Made by a program: the position numbers and the translations under genes. A stretch of DNA of 63,987 bases, the filler included, from Stramenopiles sp. TOSAG23-2 (Eukaryota), in the NCBI GenBank assembly GCA_900128395.1. It is 4 parts of 4 records of this genome, joined end to end, with 100 filler letters (N's around TTAATTAATTAA, not from the genome) between each part and the next. Parts side by side here need not be neighbours in the genome. Positions count along the whole stretch, not along the records: positions 33,461 to 50,046 come from LT649673.1; 3 more parts are not named here. One strand, written 5' to 3'. Positions 33,542 through 45,479 of the stretch are shown here, piece after piece; position 1 is the first letter of the stretch; every line of letters begins with the position of its first letter. The notes under the pieces were generated by a model, which ran no database searches, had not been told where the DNA came from, and saw nothing but the letters and a program-made list of their open reading frames with translations.

Positions 33542-33721
33542 TTTCTCCCGAAAGTTACGCGGTATATATTTTTACGGGATGGAAAATTGAAAGTTAAATT
33601 GGATAACGACAATGAGAAAACATTTAGATTGATTAAAGAATGTGATTTACAACTTTATGAAGGAGGACCTCTTTCATTTAGCTCTGAATCACAGACAGAC
33701 GAAACATCTTTTGAATACTAA
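33542..33721 (+). CDS. Possible 3' fragment of a gene near the contig start (...LRDGKLKVKLDND...ETSFEY*)
   Basis: About 59 codons open, coding-like composition, no start; flanked by a 51-nt duplicated sequence. Confidence 0.3.
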   Translation, partial: FLPKVTRYIFLRDGKLKVKLDNDNEKTFRLIKECDLQLYEGGPLSFSSESQTDETSFEY

Positions 33722-34136
33722 ATAATTTTTACTAAAATTTATAAATCATTTTTGATTTGAGAGGTTAATAAACGGGAGTAAAAGAATTTTATATAACATA
33801 TGAGTAAGAGAAAAACACATATATAAAAAATACGAATAAAATACGAACGTATTACGTACCCGATATTGATAAAATAAAATTGTAAAATATTGAAATAATA
33901 ATATCATATGATATATATATATAAATAATCTTCGTAAACTATGAACGTACTTCTACAAAAATCCAGAAAATACTTTTTTCCTCGAAGTGTAATTTCAATT
34001 TATTATGATATTATACTTTCGTACAATCGTATTTTTTTACGTACTCTCTATACCATCTCTCTCTCTCTAAATATATACGAAGTACACACGAAAATTATAT
34101 ATTACGAAGTGTACATCATTCGTATGATATTATTTT

Positions 34137-37100
34137 TTAAACTTTCGTTAAAGCGATCTTTGAAGCTGATGCCGTTTTTTTTCTTTTGACATTTTTTGTA
34201 ACAACAACATTTTTTATAATGCCGCCTTTGCTGCTGTTGCCACGATTAGTACGGAACTTCTGCTTTTTCATATTATTGCTTTTCCCGTATGTATTCTTTG
34301 ATCGTTTTTGTTTTTTGATTTGCCCTTTCATTACAGTTATGGTACTTTTCGGGGTTGGTATTGGTGCTTCTAACCAAGTTCCAAACGCAGTGGAGCTTGG
34401 CTTTCCAACTTCTGATTGTTTCTTTTTTGGCGGTATCATTGAATTCGTTCCATTATCATTGACTAATATTTCAGCAAATTTTACATTCTTTTTCTTTATT
34501 ACGCGAGCACTTGCAGGGCGACGTTGTGGTGGCGAATTTTCTTTGATTGCGTCTTCTACCTTAGCTTTACTTTTGGTTGCTGCTTTATCGCCGCCTCCTA
34601 AACCTTGTATAGACAATTTCTTTAGAGCGCGTTTTCCAATTCGACTTGAATGTGGCCGTTTTGCACGTGGGTCGAAATGTGGCTTATTAAACTTATGAAT
34701 ATTCGAAACCTTTATATAATTAGTTGGTCTCATGTTTGTAAAATCAATCGGATGGTATGATAATGTTACAGCAGACCAACCGTCTTTCTCCTTTTTATTG
34801 TTGCTGTCGCCATCCGTATCATCAGTGCCTCTCGGAGATGCCGTGCTGCTCCATATGTCTCGTGCAGCATGTCTAGCACTTTCACGATCCCACGGCGATT
34901 TTTTTGGTTGGCTATCACGTGGCGATTTTTTTGGTCGGTCTGATTTTGGTGTTACGACTGGAATATCAGCAGTAGTTCGAACTAATTGCAATGCTTTGTC
35001 ACACGATACTTTCCATAGCTTTTTGGTCATCTTTTGTTGTTGCTGTCGGAGAAATTCTGAAGATGTGCGATTTTTTCTCCAACGTTTCATAGCCCACTCC
35101 TGAGTTTTGTCCATTGATTCTTTTTCACTAGCAGGAAGGATTCTATCGCTCAATTTTTTCCAAAAGTGTAACATCCTATATTGTTTCAATAAATATTTCC
35201 ACTGCTTCTTTTTGCTATTTCTATTTATTTCATAACCTTCTTTCATTAATTTAGTTACCATTTGTTTCATTTTTTGTGGATCTACTTTTGTATTTGGTGA
35301 CATAAATGACTGTCCGCGCAATGAAAACCCGCCTGTACTACTACTCATACCGCCTCTTTGCTCAGTTAAAAATGACCAACGTTTATCGATAGCCTTATTT
35401 GAATTTTCAATGTTGTTTTGGAAACCATCAGATAGATAAGCTTGAGTGCCAACTTCACGAGTCTGTTTTTCTACGGTTTGTGTTTCATTGGAATTAAGTG
35501 ACAATGCCTCAGTTTGTACTTGGCAGGATGATTGTGAAAATGAATTTCTGCGTGATGGCATAGCAGAAAGTAAAACGTTTTTCGTGGAAGCTTCCTTCAC
35601 TTTTTTCTTCATACTAGCATCCCAATCTTGTTGCAATTGTATGACCTTCTTTCTCAAGGCATCTCTATCTTCTAAAGCATTTATTAAGGGATTATAATAC
35701 ATTTCAAATTTGTGTTCCATGGTAACGTTTACAAACTTCAGGAATTTCTCTATTACTGTGTTATTGACATTTGTTGGCTCTAAGTTTCCTACTACATTTT
35801 TAACAGCAGCATGAAGAAGTGAACGGAAGAAATTTACTAGCTTTTCCTTTTTGAAGTCTCTCCTGTTTTCAACAGAAAATTCCCCATCATTATCGTCTTT
35901 AATATTTGATATGAATCCAAGTTGTAAATTTTGAAATTGTTCCTCCGGACTTAATGCAGGGGAAAGAATCTGTTCACCGAGTGAAGTTGCACTTGACGCA
36001 GTCAATGGCCTTGGTACAATAATGGGCTGTTCTGTATTGGTTCCTACGTGTATTTTCATAAATGGCGCGCGCATTTCCATATTATCTTTCAATCGTTTCT
36101 CGTAATCGATCCGCATTTCTTCCTTTTCCAAATGAACTTTACGCATAAGATTGACACGATTTTCTTCCATTTTGCTTATAATTGTTTTATTTTTCAAAAG
36201 TGTTGATGATGCGTCTAAAAATTCTCGTTGTAAATTTATAATTTGGTCTTTTAGTTCTATTTCTCTTTTCTTTGCTTGGTCTTCAGTTTTAAATAATAAT
36301 TGTTTTATCTTGTCCAGTTGTTTTTGCATTTCAGCGATATCTTTCTCCTCCTCTGCAGAAATCATGATATCTTTATTCAAATTACCTAGATAATTTTCTG
36401 CTTGTTTATTTATACGTTTTAGTTTTCTATTTTCTTCCTTGATATCTTTAAACGTGTTTTCCATTTGTTGTAGTTTAACTTCCGCGAGGGAAAGTTTAGA
36501 CTGCATATTACCTCTTTTTGCGAGAGCATCCTTTTCAATTTCTAGCTTAATTTCTAACTTTCTTATCTCTTGAGCGTATTTTTTATTTTCTATTTCTAAC
36601 ATTTGGTTAGACGTCTCTATTTTTTGTTGTTTCTTTTTCATTTTTAAAATAACTGTTTGTTGTGTTTTAATTTTTGATATTTTTGCATTTAGTTTTGATG
36701 ATAAGCCTTCTATTTCGTTTCTCTGCCTAACAATTGTATCTTCATTGGAATTCAATATTGTAATATGTTCCATAGTTACCTCTTTCAAACGTTTGTGATC
36801 TTTCAATATGAATTTTAATCTATTAAATATTCTATCTTTCTCATCAGTGACAGGTTGACTTTGTATATCAACTAAATCTGGTGACAATAACTCTTCTGGT
36901 ATTTTAGCTAAACTCTGTATTGTAGCATCGTCATGTATAATAAGTCTACCTTTTGGTTTACTAGTCATAGGAGCGACACTGGTGAGCATATCATAAGATT
37001 CGGACAATAAGTTTTCTCGTCTATTTACAGATGCAGCTGACTTTTTTAATATTCGTTCAACTTTTTCCCTTGCAAGGTTTTTCGGTTTCCATTGTTCTTC

Positions 37101-37277
37101 TAGATCTGCCGAATGTTTTATCTCTCGCTCATCTCCATCAACATCAATAAAATACCCACCTTCACGAGCCTTTTCATTTATAATATATTTTTCATTATTA
37201 TAACCAACAACAGCCTCGTTTACTCGTTCCTTTATTTTCCCTAGCTCTTTTATGAAATCTAACTCATGAGGATCCAT
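34137..37277 (-). CDS. Hypothetical coiled-coil protein with a basic disordered C-terminus
   Basis: 1046-aa ORF with a long E/K/Q heptad-rich region. Confidence 0.8.
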   Translation of the reverse strand: MDPHELDFIKELGKIKERVNEAVVGYNNEKYIINEKAREGGYFIDVDGDEREIKHSADLEEQWKPKNLAREKVERILKKSAASVNRRENLLSESYDMLTSVAPMTSKPKGRLIIHDDATIQSLAKIPEELLSPDLVDIQSQPVTDEKDRIFNRLKFILKDHKRLKEVTMEHITILNSNEDTIVRQRNEIEGLSSKLNAKISKIKTQQTVILKMKKKQQKIETSNQMLEIENKKYAQEIRKLEIKLEIEKDALAKRGNMQSKLSLAEVKLQQMENTFKDIKEENRKLKRINKQAENYLGNLNKDIMISAEEEKDIAEMQKQLDKIKQLLFKTEDQAKKREIELKDQIINLQREFLDASSTLLKNKTIISKMEENRVNLMRKVHLEKEEMRIDYEKRLKDNMEMRAPFMKIHVGTNTEQPIIVPRPLTASSATSLGEQILSPALSPEEQFQNLQLGFISNIKDDNDGEFSVENRRDFKKEKLVNFFRSLLHAAVKNVVGNLEPTNVNNTVIEKFLKFVNVTMEHKFEMYYNPLINALEDRDALRKKVIQLQQDWDASMKKKVKEASTKNVLLSAMPSRRNSFSQSSCQVQTEALSLNSNETQTVEKQTREVGTQAYLSDGFQNNIENSNKAIDKRWSFLTEQRGGMSSSTGGFSLRGQSFMSPNTKVDPQKMKQMVTKLMKEGYEINRNSKKKQWKYLLKQYRMLHFWKKLSDRILPASEKESMDKTQEWAMKRWRKNRTSSEFLRQQQQKMTKKLWKVSCDKALQLVRTTADIPVVTPKSDRPKKSPRDSQPKKSPWDRESARHAARDIWSSTASPRGTDDTDGDSNNKKEKDGWSAVTLSYHPIDFTNMRPTNYIKVSNIHKFNKPHFDPRAKRPHSSRIGKRALKKLSIQGLGGGDKAATKSKAKVEDAIKENSPPQRRPASARVIKKKNVKFAEILVNDNGTNSMIPPKKKQSEVGKPSSTAFGTWLEAPIPTPKSTITVMKGQIKKQKRSKNTYGKSNNMKKQKFRTNRGNSSKGGIIKNVVVTKNVKRKKTASASKIALTKV

Positions 37278-38010
37278 CGCCTTGATTTGTATACTTTTTA
37301 TTTACGTGTCTCCGCCAACACTATATATCTGGAAACGACAGAAAATAAGATGTTCTAGTTATTGAAGTAATAATGAATGCCATAATAACTTATATTAGGT
37401 TAATAATGAAGCAGAGAGCAGAGATAGACGTTATAACTTTTTTTTCAGGCACTGGTTTTTTTCTGTGTCTGTGTGTGTTTTTCCAGCTAAAATTTGTATT
37501 ATATTATAGTAGTGAGTATAATTCTAATCCTATTATATAATACTCTTTGACCTTTGAGCTGCCTGTGGCTTGTTGCTTGTTGCTATGAAGATTTAGATTT
37601 AGATTTAGATTGTAAAACCACTGCTACAGAAAAAAGAAACTGGTTTAGCATCAGATAGCACTTAAATAGATTTAAAATTAGGGTTGTTTAAATTGCCAGT
37701 AAACGACATTAGCTAGTTTTATAACTGTAAACTATTACCAGCTTTTCTCTTTGAGTTCCAGGATGTTATGACGGTGCTAATATATTTTATTGGCCCTTTT
37801 GTTATTTTTTTTTATTATTTTTAACATCAATTTTTATTATTATTATTATTATTATTATTTATGATGTTGTTGTGTATATTTATTAATATTTGCTAATAGT
37901 GCAATATAATAATGATAATAAACGTATATCATTGAACCATCTTTCAGTTTAATTTCTGCGCAACATTTAAAGTAGTATACACATCCGCATTTGAATTGCA
38001 TCAAGTAAGT

Positions 38011-41000
38011 ATGTCAGGAAGAAAAGGTGCAGAAATTAGAGGTGCAGGAAGTGCTTTACCAGCTGATATTTTGAAGTTGCAGCCAAATGATTCTCCGTCT
38101 TGGGAAACACCTAGGCCAGTTAGAAAGGATGGTCCTGGTGGGAAATATAGAGAGCGCAAAGTTAAAAAGAAAAAAGTTAGTATGGCTACGAGAATGAAGG
38201 CAAAAAAAGAAAAGGAAGAAAGACAGAATCTAACTGTAGAAGATTTGCAAAATATGTTGGAGGAAACGAAAACTTCTTTGCGCTTAGCACAACAGTTAGC
38301 AGCTAGTAGACTATCCGATATACAATTTTTAAAAGCAGAAAACACGAAAGTAAATATACGTGCAAAGAAATTAAATGAAGAGGTAGAAGATCTACATGAT
38401 ACAGCAAGAGGAGCAAAGCGTAAATCTAGAGAAATTAGTTTGAAATTAAAATCGAAAGAAAAAACTTTGCAAAAATATAAAAGAAAGTCTGAAGAGCTAG
38501 AAGAAGACTACAGTGAAGCTCATGCTGAATTAAAGCTAATGGAGAAAGAATTTTTGGTACTGAAAATGGAACGTGCTGATGCACTGTCAAAGCAGACAGT
38601 CACTGCTGAGAAGATGCAAGAGATAGAAATGGAAACTAGACAACAATTAGAAGAGATGGATGCTCGACACGTATCAAAGATGAGCTACTTAACACGCGAG
38701 CTGGAAGATGCTAGAAGATCAAATTTAGAATTAGAAAGGCGTTTACAAAAAGCAGAAGCTGAATCTTCTGCCCTTGAAGCAGCGACACAAAAAATGGAAG
38801 TAGAGGTTGAATCTCATTTCCAACAAGCAAAAGAAATGACAAAAGTTGAAAGACAAGAAATGAAGGTGGAGAAACATAGTTGGAAATCCGCCATGAATAA
38901 ATTGCAACAAGAAAATAAAGAACTGTGGCAGCAATTGCAATTTCTAGAATCTGCATTGTTAAAAGGTAACTTAAATGATGGTATGACACCTGAAAATTTA
39001 GTCCTTCCTCCAGTCTTTGGCATGAGAGGCACGGAAGTGCAACGGCATGAACGAGATCTTCAAATACAAAAAGCTACCGAAATAAGAGAGACTAAAGTTC
39101 GGGAATTAGAGGTACAAATAACGGAGGAAAAATCAAAATCAGAATTAATGGCAGGTCGTTTAAATTTTGCGGAAGAAACTGTACATATGCTAATGTTAAA
39201 AAATCAAGAATTAGAAGAAGTAGTGAAGGACGCGGTCAAAACATCACACCAATTTAATGATCCAAAGTTAAATAGAATAATGGGAAATACCGGTAAAAAG
39301 AAGAGCGGTAGTCCTAGAAAGGTAAGAGAACCGAAAAGTCCTGAACGCGGAATGGGGCGCACAGGCGGTGATGGCCCAAATAAGCGAAACCGAACGGTTC
39401 GTATGGGAGGAGGTGATGGAGATGGTATGGATGACGTCAATACCACTGCAATAAATGAGAGTAAATCTGGGATTGCAAAATTAAGGCAAGATTTAGAATA
39501 CATGAGAGAAGTATTATTTGAAAAAGGAGAGTTGCTTGCAACATCGATTGCTGAACAAAAAAAGCTGAGCAAGCAATTGACAAATCAAAGAGAATTGGCA
39601 CTTAAATTTGAAATAGCAGAGAGAGATGCGCGCCGTTCTACTGCTAGAATTCATGCCATCAAAACGCATATACATAATGAACATGTAAGATTGCGCGCAG
39701 CTTTATCAATGTATGGCCTTTTTGAGGATGCAGAAATACCACATGACAAACATCTTAATCCAGATGATATGGCGCATCATATACATGAACGTGTCGACAA
39801 TTTGTTGAACCATGCAAGAGAAGCCTGGATACATGATCGTGAACTTGGAAATGACCAACACAGGACCAGCGTTGTGCATGAAGCAGCAGCTGCACTTGTA
39901 CCAGAATTTTCAGTACAAATATCAAAAATTAAACCAATTTACTATGATGGCCGAAAAATTAAGAATCTGAATTTGATGGTCTCCGTCTTTGAAGGTGAAA
40001 ATCCACCTCATTTCATTTTTGAAGCATATCATCCACCAACGTGTGGAACGTTTTCGATTAAATGTACATTAAAAGACCAAAGAGATCTTTTAAGGGATAC
40101 TCCAGAATTAATGCGAGAAGAACGATATGAGGATCGTGTTGAGGCATTAATGGCACGATTAAATCTAATTATTACTCCAGGCCGCTTGGAATTAGAAATA
40201 GTAAAGACGCCAAGGGTGGAAGATAAAATAGTATCACTTCGACGTTGGAAAAAACGAACTACGCAAATTAGGGCTTCTGATGCACAAGATGAATTTGCTA
40301 AATTGATGGGAATGGGCACTCAAAAGGAGGAACTAACTAAGATGAAAAAAGATGCTGGAATGGTGCTACCAGACGACACCCCTGCATATACCGATACCAT
40401 GCTATTTCCATCTAAAAAGCAAACTGTAAATGATGAGGAACAAATAAATGAAATGATGAACGTTTCAATTATTGATAAATTAGACAACGACGATGATAAA
40501 CATATGATAGTATACTGTAGTGACGCTGGGAAAGAAACTGTCAATTACAAAGTACGATTAAGTAGCGAAGAAATAGAGCAAAAAATAAAAGGAGGGGTGG
40601 ATTTGCCACGTAGAAGGCTCTGTAGAGAAATTGTTGGCAGGTTAAAAGTAGATGAAAAGCAAGATCTTATACTAGTTGATGATGAAAATATGAATGATAA
40701 AGAGGAAAGCAACAACGACGTAGATAGTGACGAAAGTGATACCGATTATGATGTTGGTGAGGTTGCAAAAGAAGTTGCTGAAACTGTATTCTACATGATA
40801 GATAGGGATGGTGATGGTGATATATCTCGGGGTGAGATGATGAAAGCTATTAATCAAATACCATCAATGAAAGCACTGATTAGAAGAAATAAATACTTAG
40901 CGCCTCTGTTAAATCCTAAAACGTGGAAGGATACCTTTAGAGCAATTGATGTATCAAGTGATGGTAAAATAAGTCTAGATGAATTTAAAAACTTTGCAGT

Positions 41001-42222
41001 TAATATTTCATTAGATACAAAAAAACGCGAAGATATGGGTGAAGATATTTCGATAAACAATGGCGAAATTGAGAGAATTTATGAAGGGCCATACAAATTA
41101 GCAAATGGAAATAACGTTGAAATGACGATCGATCAACAGGGTTCATCGGAAATAGAAATTTCATGCATCTTAAACGATATAAAGGCCAATGGTATCTTCT
41201 CAACAGAACAAATTAATTCTGCTGTTCCTGGCTGGGAACGAGTGTGGAGAAGAGCCGATAATAAACGTAAAGTAGACTTAATATCTGCCGGCTTAACCAT
41301 CACTTGGCACATAGATAATAAGGAGCCATTATTGCTAATGCCCGGCTCTTCCGTGCAAATTATGAAACGAGATCATTTTGTCATTGATGGTGAGAAATGT
41401 AGAATGCGTTTAGTTGAACATGCAGGTAAAAATTCAAAAGAATTATCACGTCTGCAGATCATATGTAGATTTGGTGTCAATGATCCACCCTGCGTAGCAA
41501 ACTGTAACAGCGATGTCCAAATGTCCATAGGTAATTACTGGAGTGAGGTTGGCTTAAATACAACTGATCGTGATGATTGCATTCAAAAGATATGCAGTTA
41601 TTTAAAGAAATTGCCGGCAAACACGTTCAAATGGAATTTATTTTCCGAGGATCGGGTATTTGAATCTAATGGAAAGAAAATGATAATCGGCATCGCAGCG
41701 ACAGTGCCTGGTGCTGATCCACGATTAGATAAGATAATGATGGAGGGATTCGATAAGGAGAGATCGAATCATATGAGTTGCGAATTTTTGAAAACTGATG
41801 AAAGCAAATTACGGTCAATATGTAAATCAAGAAAATGGCCTGAATTTATTAAGACAATGATTCAGCATCTTTCATTTGATGGCTATACGCTTTCATTTAA
41901 TTGGGATCTGGAAACCCCAATGCATTCAACACCTGCAAACAGCCCTTTGAGACCAAACACCAAGAAGGAAGTGAAAGAAGAAGAGGAAGACAAAAATGTC
42001 AATGCATCCAATGGTGATGATAGCAATACGACCACCACTGACGATAGTAACCCGACGGCCAACGATAATAGTATCAATACGTCCAACTCCGAAAGTCCCA
42101 ATCTTACAGCTGTTAAAATTGGAGTAAAAATACCTGCCCCACCTATTGTTGCTACTATTGACAATAAGGACAACAATCACGGAGAAAAAGTTGATGTAAT
42201 AGAAGATGAGATGAAAGAGTAA
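38011..42222 (+). CDS. Large coiled-coil protein with an EF-hand pair
   Basis: ATG at 38011. EF-hand loops DRDGDGDISRGE and DVSSDGKISLDE; N-terminal coiled coil. Confidence 0.85.
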   Translation: MSGRKGAEIRGAGSALPADILKLQPNDSPSWETPRPVRKDGPGGKYRERKVKKKKVSMATRMKAKKEKEERQNLTVEDLQNMLEETKTSLRLAQQLAASRLSDIQFLKAENTKVNIRAKKLNEEVEDLHDTARGAKRKSREISLKLKSKEKTLQKYKRKSEELEEDYSEAHAELKLMEKEFLVLKMERADALSKQTVTAEKMQEIEMETRQQLEEMDARHVSKMSYLTRELEDARRSNLELERRLQKAEAESSALEAATQKMEVEVESHFQQAKEMTKVERQEMKVEKHSWKSAMNKLQQENKELWQQLQFLESALLKGNLNDGMTPENLVLPPVFGMRGTEVQRHERDLQIQKATEIRETKVRELEVQITEEKSKSELMAGRLNFAEETVHMLMLKNQELEEVVKDAVKTSHQFNDPKLNRIMGNTGKKKSGSPRKVREPKSPERGMGRTGGDGPNKRNRTVRMGGGDGDGMDDVNTTAINESKSGIAKLRQDLEYMREVLFEKGELLATSIAEQKKLSKQLTNQRELALKFEIAERDARRSTARIHAIKTHIHNEHVRLRAALSMYGLFEDAEIPHDKHLNPDDMAHHIHERVDNLLNHAREAWIHDRELGNDQHRTSVVHEAAAALVPEFSVQISKIKPIYYDGRKIKNLNLMVSVFEGENPPHFIFEAYHPPTCGTFSIKCTLKDQRDLLRDTPELMREERYEDRVEALMARLNLIITPGRLELEIVKTPRVEDKIVSLRRWKKRTTQIRASDAQDEFAKLMGMGTQKEELTKMKKDAGMVLPDDTPAYTDTMLFPSKKQTVNDEEQINEMMNVSIIDKLDNDDDKHMIVYCSDAGKETVNYKVRLSSEEIEQKIKGGVDLPRRRLCREIVGRLKVDEKQDLILVDDENMNDKEESNNDVDSDESDTDYDVGEVAKEVAETVFYMIDRDGDGDISRGEMMKAINQIPSMKALIRRNKYLAPLLNPKTWKDTFRAIDVSSDGKISLDEFKNFAVNISLDTKKREDMGEDISINNGEIERIYEGPYKLANGNNVEMTIDQQGSSEIEISCILNDIKANGIFSTEQINSAVPGWERVWRRADNKRKVDLISAGLTITWHIDNKEPLLLMPGSSVQIMKRDHFVIDGEKCRMRLVEHAGKNSKELSRLQIICRFGVNDPPCVANCNSDVQMSIGNYWSEVGLNTTDRDDCIQKICSYLKKLPANTFKWNLFSEDRVFESNGKKMIIGIAATVPGADPRLDKIMMEGFDKERSNHMSCEFLKTDESKLRSICKSRKWPEFIKTMIQHLSFDGYTLSFNWDLETPMHSTPANSPLRPNTKKEVKEEEEDKNVNASNGDDSNTTTTDDSNPTANDNSINTSNSESPNLTAVKIGVKIPAPPIVATIDNKDNNHGEKVDVIEDEMKE

Positions 42223-42431
42223 AATGGTATATATAATATGAAAAATTACGAAGTATATCTAAAAATATATCTATGCATTAGTTTAAATATAAAAAATTCT
42301 CTTATTTATAAGTTAAAGATAAACTATATATACGTATTATATATCATGTACACGTATATTACTTCGTATTTATATAATATATTTATACTTGTAGTAAATA
42401 ATCAAATAACATGAAAAATCTTCTATCACAT

Positions 42432-43489
42432 CTACTGTTTTTTGTCTTCAACACCTTCACTATCTGCCATTTTGTCGCTGCTATTTATACCGCCACGATC
42501 ATTTAAAACTTCCATTGCCATCGACATGCCAGTTGAAAACAATGTTGAGACGCTACTATTTTTTTGTCTTCAACACCTTCACTATCTGCCATTTTGTCGC
42601 TGCTATTTATACCGCCACGATCATTTAAAACTTCCATTGCCATCGACATGCCAGTTGAAAACAATGTTGAGACGCTACTATTCACTGTCCCAGCTATTTG
42701 TGGAATATGTTGTACATCTGCACTTACATTTAAAACATTATCAACTTGACGATCTAAAAAATCCCATGTATCACTATAATCTTTTGACGTATCAGTCAGC
42801 ATATACATTTCTGTAGATACATAAATCCCACTTAATATACCACGTTTTGTATAATATGAAGTTGAATTACTATCAGAGTAATCGCCAGATATCTTCCAAA
42901 GCGAATCAACTGTATTGCTAATATTTTTCATTGTACTTGGTACATTTTGGGGCAATGCACCTAATGCCATGGCTTGTGGCCATGAATCCGTATATGGCTC
43001 AATCATTTCTAAACGTTTACGCGTTGCAAATTTAATTTTATCTGTTTGGCTAAGTGTATTATCACTGTGATCGGTACTATTTTCGTCCAAAGTTTCTTCA
43101 AAATATTTTTTTGATTTTTCAATAGCCTTATTAGTTGAAATGGTGGAAAAATACTCAACAAGTTCTACCGGCCCACGTGATATAACACCATGCGACACTG
43201 GTGGTAAGCCAGCTTCCTCTGCCCCCGCTGCTAATGCTTCTACCGTCCATCCAAATTGTGGTACATATTGCAATGCATTCTTTAATATCATCATTTTTAG
43301 TTCTTCATTCTCATCTAAATCATCATTATCATTATTATTATTTTCATGCTTTAAATCATCATATATATTATTATTATTGTTATTATGAATAATTGTTGTT
43401 CTTGTTATAGTTCTTCTACCTATATTTAAAAAAGGCGTTGCTCTTCTACAAGATTTTAGAACATAATGATTCAAGAACATGTTATACAT
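42432..43489 (-). CDS. COQ9: Ubiquinone biosynthesis protein COQ9 (3' end distorted by a 122-nt duplication; true end probably ...VEDKKQ*)
   Basis: ALQYVPQFGW, GPVELVEYF, WPQAMAL, YYTKRGIL..IY..TEMYMLTDTS..Y.DTWDFLDR; mitochondrial-type presequence. Confidence 0.92.
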
Positions 43490-43860
43490 TTTTTTCTATT
43501 AAAACTACATTACATATATGTATGTGTATGTATATATTTCTTTCCATATTATTAATTTAGTATTTATTTATTTTTGGTATGATGATGACGATATACTTAT
43601 AGCCAGGTTAGTGTTTTGTTGTTCTTCGTCGTTTAATAATGAAATGTATGTGTATGTATATATTTCTTTCCATATTATTAATTTAGTATTTATTTATTTT
43701 TGGTATGATGATGACGATATACTTATAGCCAGGTTAGTGTTTTGTTGTTCTTCGTCGTTTAATGAAAAACGTTTATTCAATTCAAAAGTAAAATGTCCCT
43801 TTTCATATTAAATATAAATATATAGGGATATAAAGAAATTGTAAAGTATTCAGGAACAAT

Positions 43861-45070
43861 ATGATAGAAAAAGAAGAAGAAACTGTTTATGATCAAATTG
43901 GTAAGTCGTTTGTAAAAGGTGCGGCTGCCGGTATCTTATCATCCATTATATTGCAACCATTAGATTTATTAAAATCCAGATTACAATATCATTATGTAGT
44001 AAGGAAGACTGGTAATTATAATAATAACAGTAATGAAACATAAGTCGTTTGTAAAAGGTGCGGCTGCCGGTATCTTATCATCCATTATATTGCAACCATT
44101 AGATTTATTAAAATCCAGATTACAATATCATTATGTAGTAAGGAAGACTGGTAATTATAATAATAACAGTAATGAAACAAAAAATGTAAAAAACGATCAC
44201 AATAACAAGTCAATTAGAAATACAATAAACAATAATGCTACTCGGAGTAATAATCATCTAGTCAATAAAACAACTGTTATGGAATTAATGAAAACTATTA
44301 TCAAAAATGAAGGTATCACCTCGTTATGGAATGGGATTGGACCTAGTTTAATTCGTGTATGTGGTGGTGTTGGCATCTATTTTTCAAGCTTAGAACTTAT
44401 GACATCGTATAGAAATAAGAAGAATAAAAAATTAAATATTATTCCAAATAACAATAATAATTTAGCAAGCACTTTTTTAATTGGTGCAAGTGCACGTTCT
44501 TTAGCTGGGGTCATCATGTTGCCAGTAACTGTAGTGAAAACACGATTTGAAGCAAAGCCACCTAGTGAACATGGATATAAAAACACATTCAATGCATTTT
44601 CTCAAATAATTAAAAATGAAAGTTGGAGTGGTTTATATCGTGGACTGACACCAACATTAATACGTGACGTCCCTTTCTCTGGTATTTATTTAATATTGTA
44701 TCAAAATCTACGGGTATATACAATCGATTATTACCAAGTCAAAGAAAACAACCTCCCTCCACATAACAGCAACAATGTAAAGCATTATAAGAATAAAATA
44801 AAGGATGATAAACTACCCACGTATATCAATTTTTCCATCGGCTTCATAGCTGGTAGTATCGCAACTGCATTGACACATCCATTTGACGTGATTAAAACAC
44901 GGATGCAAGTAACCAAAAGGTTTGAAAATGAAAAGATTAGTAATTATTTTAAAGATATATATACAAAGGAAGGTAGTGTTGGACTTAGTCGTGGTTTGTT
45001 TTTACGTGTAATTAAACGGCCATTAAGTACAGCTATGGTTTGGACAGTATATGAAGCATTAAAAATGTAA
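43861..45070 (+). CDS. SLC25A38: Mitochondrial glycine carrier SLC25A38/Hem25 homolog (frame broken by a 139-nt duplication)
   Basis: QPLDLLKSRLQ, GVGIYF, ARSLAG...PVTVVKTRFE, RDVPFSGIY, HPFDVIKTRMQ. Removing one duplicate copy restores one ORF from ATG 43861. Confidence 0.85.
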
Positions 45071-45288
45071 AATATGATGATTGATGTACATTATCATATC
45101 ATAACTTTTTTGACCTTTTTTTTATGGTTTGGACAGTATATGAAGCATTAAAAATGTAAAATATGATGATTGATGTACATTATCATATCATAACTTTTTT
45201 GACCTTTTTTTAAAAAAATTATAACTCTTACATTTTTTAAACCACTCCACTATAATATTCTCTTTTTGATCTTTGTAATATTAAAATG

Positions 45289-45479
45289 ATGGTTAAAATA
45301 TAAAAAAGTTACGACGAATATATATATATACATCATATTTTTTAATATATTATAAGCAATAACAAGTTTTACATCCGGTGGTGATGAATTTTACTATATG
45401 CTCAAAGATACTCTCGAGTCAGTCCTATGATATGATATCATACACTATAGTAAAGCTCTAATGCACGTCTGCACTCTAA
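45289..45479 (+). repeat. Dispersed intergenic element, copy 2
   Basis: ATGGTTAAAATA...TTTTACATCCGGTGGT...ATGCTCAAAGATACTC...AAAGCTCTAATGCACGTCTGCACTCTAA|T. Confidence 0.7.

Noticed and set aside
33464-33825. 51-nt direct repeat (33464-33514 and 33775-33825) as an LTR or TSD
   Set aside because: It sits at the very contig start with no TE features; probably a chimeric or misassembled end.
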